NCBI RefSeq assembly: GCF_044704955.1
Contig: NC_091989.1
Coordinates: forward strand, 104,470,001 to 104,534,000
DNA from: Pristiophorus japonicus
Lineage: Eukaryota
Direction of reading: 5' to 3'
Length of the DNA: 64,000 bases
In this document: piece after piece, positions 1-12,170 of the stretch
Position numbering within the stretch: the stretch's first letter is position 1
Layout: every line of letters begins with the position of its first letter
Made by a program: the position numbers and the translations under genes
Notes under the pieces: model-generated
Told to the model about the DNA's origin: nothing
The model's database searches: none
The model's input: only the letters and a program-made list of their open reading frames with translations

Positions 1-540
1 CATATTTATCGAGAAATGTCTTCTGTACATATCAGAAATTCCTCTCATTCCTTACTCTTAACACTTGTTTCCTCAGTCTATATTAGGGTAATTAATGTCT
101 CCTAATATTACAACTTTATTTTTGTTACATGCGTTTGAAATTTGCTGACCAATATGCTCACCTATCTCTTTCCCACTGTTTGGAGCTCTATAAAATAAAC
201 TTCCGACAATGTAACAGTTCCCCCCTAGTTCCTCATCTGAAGCTAAATAAATTCAGTCCTAGAATCATCTAGTATATGCTTTCTATTTAGAATGGTAACT
301 TCATATTTAATCAATATTACTATGCCCCTCATCTTTATCCTTCCCTATCATTCCTGAATACTTGGTAACCAGGAATATTAAGATTCAGTTCCTGGTATTG
401 TTTAAGCCAGGTCTTTATTAATCCAACCCCATCATAATCCCATATAGCATCTTGTACCTGCAGCTCAACAACCTTATTCGTCACACTATGTGCATACAAA
501 ACTTCATTTCGGTTGACTGCTTCGGATATGGATGACAACC
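1..540 (-). mobile_element. Old CR1 endonuclease fragment
   Basis: LYAHSVTNKV..TWL..LNIPGYQVFRNDR. Confidence 0.75.
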
Positions 541-1749
541 CCAGCCTAATTCATTTCTATCTCTCCAGTGCAGGGGTACTTAACACAATCATGGCACCAC
601 TATAATTGCTGTCTCTGAGGTCACCTAATGCAAAAGACTCCAAGGACGATGCCTTGACCAAATAAGCGAACAAGTCGTGGTAAGCGACCATACAATACAT
701 ATACATAGTGAATGGGTTTAATGGCAGGATCAATGTTCACTGAACGTACATATGTAAACCAAACTCACACCGGGGTATTTGATCGGACGATGGTGCTCAT
801 GGGATACCCATGTGAATTCAGGTGGATCTAAGGGCTATGATCGGAGAAAAGAATGTGGGGACTCTCTATAACGTACAATAAACAACACACGATCTCCCCC
901 TCCACTTTTACTCTTGTTTTGTCATTTGTTAGTTTCAACGTTCATAGGGATGAGATAGGCCAGTCAGTTCATCTGACAGTTCACTATCACAGCTGAATCA
1001 AGCGTGTTGTTACATTTCCACAACCATGGATCAGACAAATAGGCTCCCCTTATTTACAGCAAAATGCGCATCGCTGATTTTGACATAACCATTTAAGCTG
1101 ATTAACATGGCGAATTTGATTGTTTTGCATAATGGCTCACGAGCATTAAATACACAGACAGGAGATTTTTTTTTACACTGATCAGGAGTTGCTATAGGAA
1201 TAGGCGGAACTAAATCCACCAGTACAATCAACAAAGCTTTAGCAACACAACAACGAGAAAGGAGTACTCACAATCCAGAATTTCCTCCGTGTTTGCGCCA
1301 GAGAGAAGTGTAATCTGGAGGCAACCGAGATACATGGCTTTAAAGATCGCGCATTTTTGGGCGTAAGATAGTTATACGTGTAACTACATTACGCCCATAA
1401 TTTTTTTAAGTGGGTGCATTAAACCCTGAGTCTGCACGACTCACCCGTCCACAATCCTTGCCAGGGCCCGCCTCTCATAGGAGTACTTTTAGAATGCACG
1501 TCGGATCTCGCTAGAAATAACGAAAATTGTGAATCTTTGCCCTGTGTTTAGGATGTCCTAACAGCCGATAACCCGAAAGAATCTCGTAACATTCCTCCAG
1601 ATTTGCTCATAATCAATCATCAATTAAAAACAATTGGCAATAGCAATGGTGTAAGAAACATATTATATGCCATTAACCGACAAAACCAGAATAGATTTAG
1701 GGTGAAATGTGCCGCTTGCTGTTTGCTTTCAGTTAGGATCTAGTTGGTT

Positions 1750-1933
1750 CCGACCACATGACTTGCTGGCAATTTTATCTGAATGAACTGACTTAACAAA
1801 TTAAATATATCAATTGAAATTGTACACTTAGGCACGTCATATTACACGTCAGTCTGGTTCACGTGCAAACCGCTGGCTTCCAAAGCCGCAGGTTCCTTGC
1901 AACTCATGGCCAGTTTAATGTTCGTTGCTGAGA
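1750..1933 (+). promoter_or_regulatory. Putative proximal promoter/5'UTR of gene A (RUNX-like ACCACA 1753, two CRE half-sites ACGTCA, E-box CACGTG, ETS core TTCC)
   Basis: Motif cluster upstream of the ATG. The segment cgcaggttccttgcaactcat..gttgctgaga resembles the sequence upstream of gene B. Confidence 0.35.
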
Positions 1934-1988
1934 ATGGCGGTGTGCTCCGTGCTTTTGTGCATATCTTTGCTGGGAATTCTGTACAGAG
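1934..1988 (+). CDS. Gene A exon 1, signal peptide MAVCSVLLCISLLGILYR
   Basis: ATG at 1934, hydrophobic leader, donor AG|gtgtgt in phase 1; similar to the gene B leader. Confidence 0.8.
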
Positions 1989-4900
1989 GTGTGTTTCCTT
2001 ATCTTACCACTCCATGCTTATCAAAAAAAATCTGGTGTTCACAAAATTCGGCATATTTTGTGCACATTTCTCTCATTTTTCTCATTGTGTTATTAATGTG
2101 GCTAATTTTCTGTTTTTTCATTTCTAAGTCGTAATTTGTTCTTTTTCTAAAGTATGCAAACCATTATATCAGCATTCTTGTTATTTTCGTTTAAGTAACT
2201 TCGAACAAATTTTCGAAGATTCTACAGCTGTTGTGTTGCAAAGTTTGATAGAGTGCGTTTCCAATTTGATTGCTGGTGTTTCTTATTTCTATTTTACTTC
2301 TCTTAATTATTTTTCTTTATCTGATGTGTGCAACTGTAATCGCCATTCTTGTTTATTTTCCGATAGCCGTTGAAGTAGATTCGAACAAAGTGGACCAATT
2401 CCCTAGACACATGAAGGTTGCCAGGGGCACAAATGTTTCCATGTTCTGCACATTTCCCATATTTCAAGATGCCCCCGATGTTTATTGGAGGAGACGCGGC
2501 GAGGAGACGTCTCTGGAGCCAGACAGCAGAAAGCAATTTAATGTAAAGAAGGGCAGAGGGTCATTTGATGTCCTGAATGCGAGTGTCGCAGACTCTGGAA
2601 TGTATTACTGTACAGTAAAACATAATCAAACCACTGTTGGAGATGGAAGTGGCTCCCAGCTTACTGTGTTCGGTAAGTATCATTGTGCCGGGGAGTGGGA
2701 GATTCACAGCAGTGTGCGGTACATGTAAATCTCAATAGTGGGGGCCATTTGAACTTTTATCACTGGATGAAAACCTGCTGATGCAAATTCGTTTTACACT
2801 TCTCTCGATTTTCTTTTCCATTGACACAGGTATACTCCTGCCCGCCGATTGGCTATCGCCCATTTTGCGCTGCTCCCAAAATCAATTTCACAGCTTCATA
2901 CGAACATAAGAGCATAAAAATAGGAGCAGGAGTAGGCCATTTTGCCCCTCGAGCCTGCGCTGCCATTCAATAAGATCATGGCTGATCTGATCATGGACTC
3001 AGTTCCACTTCCCTGCCCGCTCCCCATAATCTTTACTCCCTTATCGCTCAAATATCTGTTTATCTCCGCCTTAAATATATTCAATGACCCAGCCTCCACA
3101 GCCTCCACAGCTCTCCGAGGCAGAGAATTGTATAGATTTACAAGCCTCTGAGAGAGGAAATTCCTCCTCATCTCAGTTTTAAATGGGTGGCCACTTATTC
3201 TAAGACTATGTTCCCTAGTTTTCGTTTCCCCTATGAGTGGAAATATCCTCTCTGCGTCCACCTTGTCGAGCCCTCTCATTATCTTATGTTTCAATAAGAT
3301 CACCTCTCATTCTTCTGAACTCCAATTTGTATAGGCCCAACCTACTCAACCTATCCTCATAAGTCAACCCCCTCACCTCCGGAATCAACCTAGTGAACCT
3401 TCTCTGAACAGCCTCCAATGCAAATATATCCTTGCTCAAATATGGAGAACAAAACTGCATGCAGTGTGGCATTACCATTACCCTGTACAATTGTAGCAGG
3501 ACTTCTCTGCTTCTACCTCCCTTGCAATGAAGGCTAACATTCCATTTGCCTTCCTGATTACTTGCTGTACCTGCATACTAACTTTTTGTGCACAAGGACC
3601 CCCAGGTCTCTCTGTACTGCAGCACTTTGCAATTTTTCTCCATTTAAATTATAATTTGCTTTTCTATTATCTCTGCTAAAGTGGATAACCTCACATTATA
3701 CTACATTTGTCAAATTTTTGCCCACTCACTTAGCCTGTCTATATCCCTTTGCAAATTTTTGGTGTTCTCCTCACAATTTGCTTTCCCACCCATTTTTGCA
3801 TCATCAGCAAACTTGGCAACATTACATTCAGTCCCTTCATCCAAGTCATTAATATAGATTGTAAATAATTGAGGACCCAGCACTGATCCTTGCGGCTCCC
3901 CACTCGTCACTGTTTGCCAACCGGAAACTGACCCACTTATCCCGACTCTCTATTTTATGTTAATTAGCCAATCCTCTACCCATGCTAATATATTACTCCC
4001 AACCTCGTGATTGTCCTTCCAAAGTGCTTTACATGCAATTAGTTCTTTTGGAAGTGCAGTTACAGTTGTTATGGAGGCAAGATACTGGAATAGAATAATT
4101 ATTTAAATCTTGGCTTAAAATTAATAACTTGGATTCGATTGCCAGATTTCTTCTCACCAAAATAGCGGAGTCGATGAGCGACTATGGGAACAATGTTAAC
4201 ACCTCTTAGTTCAGCTCTTTTATATAACATTAAAAGCCATCTACTCCACCCAACACGGTGCCTTCATTACAAGCTCGGCAGAACAACGTCTTGCTACAAC
4301 CCTGTTTATTTCACACACCAGGGCACATTTGCCCCCACTGCTTGAAATTGCCAACCTAATATTTTCTGCACAGAATTGCCCAAAATCTGGAATTGTCTCT
4401 CCCAGAAGGATGTGGATGGAAGGACAATTGGAGCTTTCAAGTTTGAGGTGGATAGATTTTCGTTAAGCATGGCTATCAATGGATATGGGGTTAAGTGGAC
4501 AGATGGATTTGAGGTACAGATCAGCCATAATCTAATTGAATGGCAGAGTAGATTCGAGGGGCTAAAAGGCCTCCTCCTGTTCCTATGTCCGCAGTTTAGG
4601 CTGTGTACTTCCATCGCGAACTTATTTGAGACGGCCAAACTAATTTCACAAAGGAATCATACCACATTGAGAGGGGAGGTGTTGATCTTACACTCATTAC
4701 TGGATTGGAACCCAACTCCTAGAGCTTGCAGAAACCCAATGCATCTGATTGTCCCTCTGCCTTAGGCCAATTGCGTTTTCTTTTATACACTCACAACATT
4801 TAAATTACGGGTAGATTATCACCGAACTTTCTATAAACGCCTGGACTCCCATATTCGTAATTCATGATTTCCAGTTACACTCCACCAATCCCAGACTGAA

Positions 4901-7900
4901 GTTAGGCAGGAGATCAAGAGAACACCACCCTCTTCCTCCTCCATGGAAATTCTACCGCATTACATATTAGACCTAAACAGATCCATGGGAAAGGAATGGA
5001 GGAATTCTGAGCTTTGGTTGGGCAGGGAATACGGTGCTGCTGGGAATAAAGGCTAGCATAAATTTCCAAGTTAATAATGCCCCAAATTTAAAAATTTGCT
5101 ATTACCAACATATCGGAACAATAAACATGTAAGAAAAAGATGTTAAGAAGATTGTTTGTAATAAATTGACAAACCAATGTAAACCTAATGAAGGATTCTA
5201 TTTCCAGCTAAACAGTAACTAGCTCCAGCGGACAAAACTTCACCTTAACCATAACTGATGGTTGTAGGACTGATATAAGCAGAATCGTCTTCAGGCAAAA
5301 CTTGTTCAACAGAGCAAATAGACTTCGGGAAGGGCAAAAACCCTGGAATTATATAAGACATGCACTCTGAGTTAGGATTTCCTATTCGGTTACCCCCATC
5401 TGTATGGATGTTGTGATCTATACAGATATACATAATTATCAATATAACCCTTTCATGACGTGAAAAATATTCCAGCCCTCGGTTCGCGCTCTGGAGAAAG
5501 TATATTAGAGAAAGCTGCATGATCTGAAATCTCCCCCACACAAACTGAAATGCTGAGTTAGCAACTGGAATGCGCGGGTTCTAATCTATAGATTAGCAGC
5601 ATCCAGTCTGCTGTCTGTGTAGACAACGGAGATATTTCGATATATTGGCAACAATTCTCCTTCTCATATTCACCGTTATATAAAATACGTTTCGCAACTT
5701 ATGAAATATCCCTAAAACGAACAATTTTGAAAGAAACACACACAATGTTTAATACCGCCAAGTTTATTAATGAATAACAAGATATGGTTCCACTGTTCGT
5801 GCAGATAGAGTTGCGCTGTCTCCGATATATTCGGACAGGAACCTCACTCGGGGTCACTGCTGCCAACCACAATCCGCGCCAGGATCTGATACCTCCATTG
5901 GAAACAGTGCCACGGGGCTCCCTATATGTTACCGATCCTGGGAGACTCGCCCTCTTTGCTTACAGTTTCCAATACATTCCTTCATTTTGCTGTGCGCCGT
6001 AAAACAATTTATAAAGTAAATGCGAACACGAAGTAAAATCAAAAACGTCAGCGCGGATAACTATTGTGGCAGTAGGACTGTAACCGTATAACCAGGGTAG
6101 GCAAATGAGAATGTGTTCTTTTAAATTGAAAAAATCATATTTTTTTCTGTTAAAGTTACCCCAACCCCGCTGAAAATCGCTCCTGTTGAAAGGATTTCCG
6201 CGACTTCTCTGAAACTCGAGTGCAAAACGGCTGCCTTTTTCCCGGAGGATTTAGAAATCGCCTGGCGAAGAGATGGTGACGAAATTCTGACCGGAATAGC
6301 AATCGTGAAAAATAGGAGCGCGGAGCTGTATGAGGTTTCCAGCTGGTTGGAAGAAGCACAGCCTGTTCAGAGCGGAGTTGTTTATACATGTCTGGTGTCT
6401 CATGTCTCTCTTCTGATGCCCGCCAGTGTCAGCTACACAGTAAAGCAAGGTAAGATTTGGACAGATTATGCATGAAACTGCCGCCAACATATTTCAAGGG
6501 CATTTCTCCGATGACGCAGAATTATTTGAGTGTTATTAACCTATGTCTCGTCTATCTACGTATTAACGCAATCAGCACATCTAAGATTATTACTAGAAGT
6601 GACCCCTCCATATAGTTCATCAATAGACTAGACAGCATTGAACCTAACATAGATCCGGTAGAGCTCTGTCTAGAACTCTACTGCTCCCCAGACAGAGCCT
6701 TTATTTATCACTTTCCAATTTTTCCCGAATGCCATGAGGCTGAAATTGCTTCAAAAGCCTCACGTACAGAACTTTTGCAAGTATCTTCCAAAAATATAAA
6801 GGAAGTATTACCTGGATTTCCTTCATCCACTGAGCAACTTCTCTCCTCGATTGCTTGTGGATTGATGAAACAAGACGCAGTGCTTCGAAATCCACTCTGG
6901 CTACCAGTAGAGCTATGGATTCTTTAGACCAATAAGTAACAGTTTATTAAATGTTCGGAACAGTTTTTATCACTGTGGATGTTCGAGAAAAAGTAAGGGA
7001 TGATGGAAATTACTCTGCAGATGGAAACAATTTGGCACTTGACCCCTGTGCCAATGAGAACCAGTCTCCCATGAGGGGAGTCTACGCCAGGCTATTTGCA
7101 TGAAAATCACGTGCCTTAAAGCAGTTATGGCGGGCCTGATATAATTTTCGCTGCTCTCCGGAAATAACCCGGTGGGCTGCGAGCTAATTCGGGGATATCA
7201 TGACCAGGTAATGGAGGAGCGGGTTGCAGCACCCAGATTATCGTTATGGGGTCCATAGGGCCTTCCTGTTTTTCCTAGTTTCAAAAACATAATTGAATGT
7301 ACCCGTTCATATCTCTTCATCTCTATCGCTTGTAAAACTGGCCACAGAGTGCAGGGCTTATCAGTTCTATCCAGAAATGTTCATCATAGAACCTCGATTT
7401 GGATATGAAGAGTAGCCTACTGCCTGAGACAAAGGCAATTGCCCCAAGCAACAGGTGCTCTCTGACAGTACAAGGCTCCGTTGCTGCTAAATCCACCGGG
7501 AGGACGCTGAGCACCTCGAGTCTCGTCGGAGAACTTGGAGAAATCAAGCGCAGGCAACGGAAAGAGTGTGCGGCAAACCAGTCGCACCCACCCTTTTCCT
7601 CAACGACTGTCTGTCCCGTCTGTGACAGGGACTGTGGTTCTCATTTTTTACTGTTCAGCCATCTAAGGACTCATTTTTAGAGTGGAAGTTTTCTTCGATT
7701 CCGAGGGACTGACTATGCTGATGATGACGGTGAAATCTACCGACCACATTTTGAGGCCATTAACGCACCGTTAACGCCGATGTGGGCAAGTTCAAAACGA
7801 TCGCCATGCAGTCCTGTTTAAAGTATCCATTTAATAGACTGCAGGCCTCTATATAAACCAATCATTGTTGCTTTCATTCTATAATAATTATATGCAACAG

Positions 7901-8046
7901 TTTTATATCTTGGTTTCAATCCTACATTGTAGGCCACAGTTTCAGCATCCGGCTCCTCAGAATTGCTCGGCTCGTTCTGGGTTTTTTGATCATTCTTGCA
8001 CTGACGGGTATTATTGTGGACCATGTAAAAATAACTTCCATTCAAG
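1934..8046 (+). CDS. Gene A: spliced IgSF type I membrane receptor, leader-VJ-C1-TM, putative activating receptor (SIRP-/NKp30-like family); exons 1934-1988, 2367-2672, 6156-6449, 7933-8046, terminal exon uncertain
   Basis: Four exons with canonical GT-AG boundaries, all phase 1, join into one open frame: signal peptide, V-set, C1-set and TM. Paralogous in every exon to gene B. Confidence 0.9.
2367..2672 (+). CDS. Gene A exon 2, Ig V-set domain with germline J-like G strand (...SMFCTFP..VYW..DSGMYYC..GDGSGSQLTVF)
   Basis: Acceptor ttttccgatag, donor G|gtaagt, 306 nt. B-strand Cys, C-strand Trp, DSGxYYC and diglycine GxGS-x-L-x-V motif. Confidence 0.93.
2896..4010 (-). mobile_element. CR1 LINE 3' fragment (gene A intron 2)
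   Basis: PQGSVLGPQLF, KFADD, TRGH-type C-terminus, tail. Confidence 0.92.
4380..4590 (+). mobile_element. Old CR1 3' end fragment
   Basis: IWNCLSQK..FKFEVDRF and CR1 3'UTR. Confidence 0.7.
6156..6449 (+). CDS. Gene A exon 3, Ig C1-set domain (VTPTPLKI..LECKTAAFFPEDLEIAW..LYEVSSWL..YTCLVSHVSL..)
   Basis: Not in the ORF track (no start codon). Acceptor ttctgttaaag, donor G|gtaaga, 294 nt open. C1 signatures CxxxxF(Y/F)P, W and YxCxVxH. Confidence 0.93.
7500..7730 (+). mobile_element. RTE LINE 3' end
   Basis: CPVCDRDCGSH..SHLRTH zinc knuckle and (ATG)n tail; same family as 34968-43533. Confidence 0.8.
7933..8046 (+). CDS. Gene A exon 4, transmembrane exon GHSFSIRLLRIARLVLGFLIILALTGIIVDHVKITSIQ
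   Basis: Acceptor cattgtag, donor G|gtaaga, 114 nt open in phase 1; hydrophobic span preceded by Arg. Confidence 0.85.
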
Positions 8047-8139
8047 GTAAGAACACGTTTTATTCATTCAGCAAATCAACTTCAAAGTATACAAACAGAT
8101 AGGATTGGTTTTATGTAGATGAGAAATGTATGTTTGCCA

Positions 8140-10020
8140 GCTATTTGTTTATAAGCAGCGGCAGAGAGCATCAGCTGATTAGCAAGAGGGAGCCCCCGAG
8201 CGCCAGTGATTTAAAAGGAGCGGGGCAGAGAGCAGCAGCTGATACCAGACAAACAGAGATGAAAACTCAAAAATTACGCTATTGTCAGTATAGAATGAGG
8301 AGTGGCGAGAGCCGAGGGATCATAGTTAATTGTCTAATTTCTCATCTATCAAAGTTTTAAGACCATAGTATACTTTAAAAGAAAAAATAAAGAATTGGAT
8401 TTATATAGCGCCTTTCACGACCACAGGACGTCTCAAATTATTTACAGCCAATGAAGAACTTTTGGAGTGTAGTCACTGTTGTAATGTGGGAAACGTGGCA
8501 GCCAACTTGCGCACAGCAAACTCCCACAAACAGCAATGAGATAATGACCAGATAATCTGTCTTCCTTATGTTGATTGAGGGCCAAATATCGGCCAGACAA
8601 TTTAGGTAAACAAATAGATCTGAAAACGGTGAGGCCGAGAGTGCCAAAGAGGGAAGGCAGGGTAAGTCACAGGTCAATATTTAATTTAATGCACATCTAA
8701 CTTAAATTAGATCAAGTAATTAGTTACAAAAATAAAGAATATCAGCTAAGTTGATTAATTACATAAACTTTAATTGATTAAAGAAATAAAACACAGTTAT
8801 ATAGGAATGATAGATTTGTCGCAACTGCAGCATGTGGGAGTTTGTGGGCAATATCGCAATCCAGAACAACCATATCTGAAGTAAGTGTCTGCATCTTGAG
8901 AAACCTCAGCGTTGTTAAGCTGGAATCCGAGGTGCATCAGGTGGGGCATCACGTAGGCTAGAGGAGAGTTCTCTGGTCAATTTGATCCAGGAGGCATTCA
9001 TACCTCTTGGGTTAGACAGGTCTGGGTAGTGGTAATGGACATGAGGGTATGACTGTGAGATAGGCGAGTCAGGTGCTGGAGGAACCTTAATCTTTGCCCG
9101 CATCCAGATTCTCGCTGCCTGTGTGGATGAAAGCAAAGTAAGCAGGGTGGATAAGCAAACTTACAACAGCACCGTAGTACAGGAGGCCATTTAAATGAGG
9201 GGAGTGAAATAGAATGTGGCAGTGATAGGGTACAGTAAAATCAAGGGCTAAATACTATTCTCTGCAGCCACAATGGAGAGTTCTGAATGTTGTGTTGCCT
9301 GCACCGTGCCAGGATTAAGGGTATCTCCTCGTGGCTGGAGAAGAACTTGGAGTGGGATGGGGGAGGATCCAGTTGTCGTGATGCATGTAGAAACCAACAA
9401 CATAAATAGAACTAGCAATGAGGTTCTGCTGAGGCAGTTTGAGGAGCCAGGATCCAAAATAATAAATAGAACGTTAAAGGTAATAATCTCTGGATTACTA
9501 CCTGAGACAAGCGCAAATTAGCACAGGGTCAAGTTGACTGCATGGTGGAAAGTGTGGTGTGGGAGACAGAGGTAATCATTCAAGAAGCACTGGTACCAGT
9601 ACTGGGGAAAGAAGATGCTGTTCTGTTGAGACAGACTTCACTTAAACTAGGTTGGGGCTACTGTCCTGGCGAATCAAATAACTAGGGCTGTAGATAGGGA
9701 TTTAAACTTATAAAAAGCAAGTCTTCAGGTGAGGGGAAATTTATAAATCTAAAGTGAAAAATCAGGGCAATAGAGCAATGTACTGGTTCGGGTAATAATA
9801 AGCAGAGTGTGGCAGGAAGGGACAGAGAGTTTAATGCTAATAATGTATCAGTGAATAAGGTCAAATCAGAGAAAAATAATAAAATGTTAAACATAAAGGT
9901 GCTTTACCTGAATGCACAAAGCATTCGTAAAATAGCATACAAATTAATTGCACACATAGAGATAAATGGGTTTGATCTAATAGCCATTAGAGAGCCATGG
10001 TTGCATGGTAACCATGAAAT
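8140..10020 (+). mobile_element. Old CR1 5' portion (ORF1 and EN start)
   Basis: ORF1 esterase-like remnants; LKVLYLNAQSIR-type EN start. Confidence 0.7.
8390..8599 (-). mobile_element. DeuSINE (SacSINE1-like) 3' part
   Basis: Reverse-complement match to the copy at 11742-12170. Confidence 0.7.
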
Positions 10021-10022
10021 CA

Positions 10023-11603
10023 GAACATAAGAAATACAAGCAGGAGTAGACCATTTGGTCCCTCACGCCTGCTCCGCCATTCAATAAAATGATGGTTGAT
10101 CTGACCTTGGCCTCAACTCCGCTCCCTATAACCCTTGACTCCTTATCATTCAAAAATCAGTCTATCTCCACCTTAAATGTATTCAATGACCCATAGATTC
10201 AAGACCCTCTGAGAGAAGAAATTCCTCTTCATTTTTGTTTCAAATGGGCAACCCCTTATTCTGAAACTATGCCCCCTAGTTCTAGATTCTCCCATGAGGG
10301 GAAACATTCTCTCTGCATCTATCCTGACAAGCCCCCTCAGAATCTTATACATTTCAATAAGATCACCTCCCATTCATCTAAACTCCAATGATTATAAGCA
10401 CAACCTGCTCAACCTTTCTTCATAGGACAAACCCTTCATCTCAAGAATCAACTTCTTTGAACTGCCTCCAAAAGAAGTATATCCCTCTTTACATAAGGAG
10501 ACCAAACTGTATGCAGTACTCCAGTGGTTGCAAGATTTCACTACTTTTATACTCCATCCCCCTGCAATAAAGGCCAGCATTCCATTTGCCTTTCTAATTA
10601 CTTGCTGTACCTAGAATCATAGAAATTTACAGTACAGAAGGAGGTCATTTTGGCCAATTCGTGTCCACGCCAGCTGACCAAGAGCTATTCAGCCTAATGT
10701 CTTGGTCCATAGCCCTGTAGGTTATGACACTTCAATTGCACATCCAAGTATTTTTTTTAATGTGCTGAGGTTTTCTGCCTCTACCACCATTTCAGACAGT
10801 GAGTTCCAGACCCCCACCACCCTCTGGGTGAAGAGATTTCCCCTAAACCTCCCATCAATTACTTTAAATCTATGCCCCCTGGTTGTTGACCCCACTGCCA
10901 AGGGAAACAGGTCCTTCCTATCCACTCTATCCCCTCATAATTTTATAACCCTCAATCAGGTCTCCCCTCAGTCACCTTTGTTCCAAAGAAAACTGACCCA
11001 GCATCTCAATCTTTCCTAATAGACAAAATTCTCCAGTCCAGGCAACATTCTTGGAAATCTCCTCTTTCCAGTGCAAGTACATCTTTCCTGTAATGTGGTG
11101 ACCAAAACTGCACACAGTTCTCTACTGTGACTTAACCAGTGTTTTATACAGTTCAAACATAACCTCCTTACTCTTGTATTCCATGCCTCGACTAATAAAG
11201 GCAAGTATTCCACATGCTTTCTTCATCACCTTTTCTACCTATCCTGCTACCTTCAGCGATCTGTGGATTTGTACTCCAAGGTCCCTTTGTTCCTCTACAT
11301 CTGCAAGCTAACTTTCTGTGTTTCATTTACAAGGACCCCCAGATCCCTCTGTACTGCAACATTTTTTGATCTCTCCCCATTTAAATAATAATTTGTTTTT
11401 TTACTTTTCCTACCTAAGTGGATAACCTCACATTTCCCCACATTATACTCCATCTGCCAATTTTTTGCCCACTCACTTAGCCTATCTACATCCCTTTGCA
11501 GATTATTTGTGTCCTCCTCACAATTTGCTTTTCCACTTATATTTGTATCATCAGCAAATTTGGCTACATTACACATAAAGATTGTAAATAATTGAGGTCC
11601 CAT
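10023..11603 (-). mobile_element. CR1 3' fragment with a second CR1 subfamily copy nested at ~10613-11295
   Basis: Two CR1 tails; the outer sequence resumes across the inner copy. Confidence 0.85.
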
Positions 11604-11698
11604 TAGCGATTAAAACGCTTTGCTACCAAATTGCTGACAACATAGAAAAACGATACTTTCAACACAACAATTTTCATAATTAATTCAGTTTCTTACAG

Positions 11699-11703
11699 GA
11701 TAA
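11699..11703 (+). CDS. Candidate terminal coding exon of gene A (G|GA TAA = Gly-stop)
   Basis: Good acceptor ttcagtttcttacag in unique sequence; a phase-1 join gives an immediate stop. There is no independent support. Confidence 0.3.
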
Positions 11704-11741
11704 TTCAAGTAGTAACCGCTGAACATCGAGTGCAATTTTGA

Positions 11742-12170
11742 GCCTTGGCAGAGTGGTAGCTCCTCACTTTGAGTCAGAAAGTTTGGATTCAATTCTTACT
11801 CCAGAGACGTGTGCGCAAAATCTAGGCTAATATTTCAGCGCTGCACTGAGGAAGTCCCGTCTGCCCTCTCGGATGGACGCAAAAAAAAATCCCATGGCGC
11901 TATTTCGTAGATGAGCATGGGAGTTCTTCCCGATGTCCTGGCGAATATTTATCCCTCAATCCACTTTACTACAAACGGTTATTTCGTCATTTATCTCATT
12001 GTTCTTTGTGGGACGTTGCAAATTACCTGCTGCTTTTCCCTACATTACAACAGCGACTACACTTCACAGGTACTTCAATTGTTGTTTTGGACGCCCTATA
12101 TTCCTTCGGAAATACTCTTTGGAAAGTCCTGACGTTATAAAAGGTGCTATAAGAATTCAACTTCTGTCTT
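11742..12170 (+). mobile_element. tRNA-headed Deu-domain SINE (SacSINE1-like)
   Basis: A-box TGGCAGAGTGG, degenerate B-box, Deu core CCGTCTGCCCTCTC..ATCCCATGGC.CTATTT..GTCCTGGC.AATATTTATCCCTCAA. Confidence 0.75.

Noticed and set aside
2270-2728. ORF-track 152-aa protein as a single-exon gene with its own hydrophobic N-terminus
   Set aside because: The N-terminal part is the T-rich intron/polypyrimidine tract. A proper leader exon and splice sites are present.
2673-2740. RSS after the gene A V exon (cacagca at ~2705)
   Set aside because: It lies in the intron after a complete VJ exon, and no nonamer sits at 12/23 spacing.
4770-6000. Unclassified sequence in gene A intron 2, including ORFs 5245..5541 and 5784..6002
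   Set aside because: No Ig motifs, usable splice sites or recognisable transposon domains.
2367-8046. Calling gene A an Ig light chain, TCR, NKp30, B7-H6, tapasin or SIRP ortholog by symbol
   Set aside because: Architecture overlaps several families but matches none decisively without phylogeny, so no symbol was assigned.
11742-11820. tRNA gene
   Set aside because: Degenerate tRNA-derived head of a SINE; no cloverleaf.
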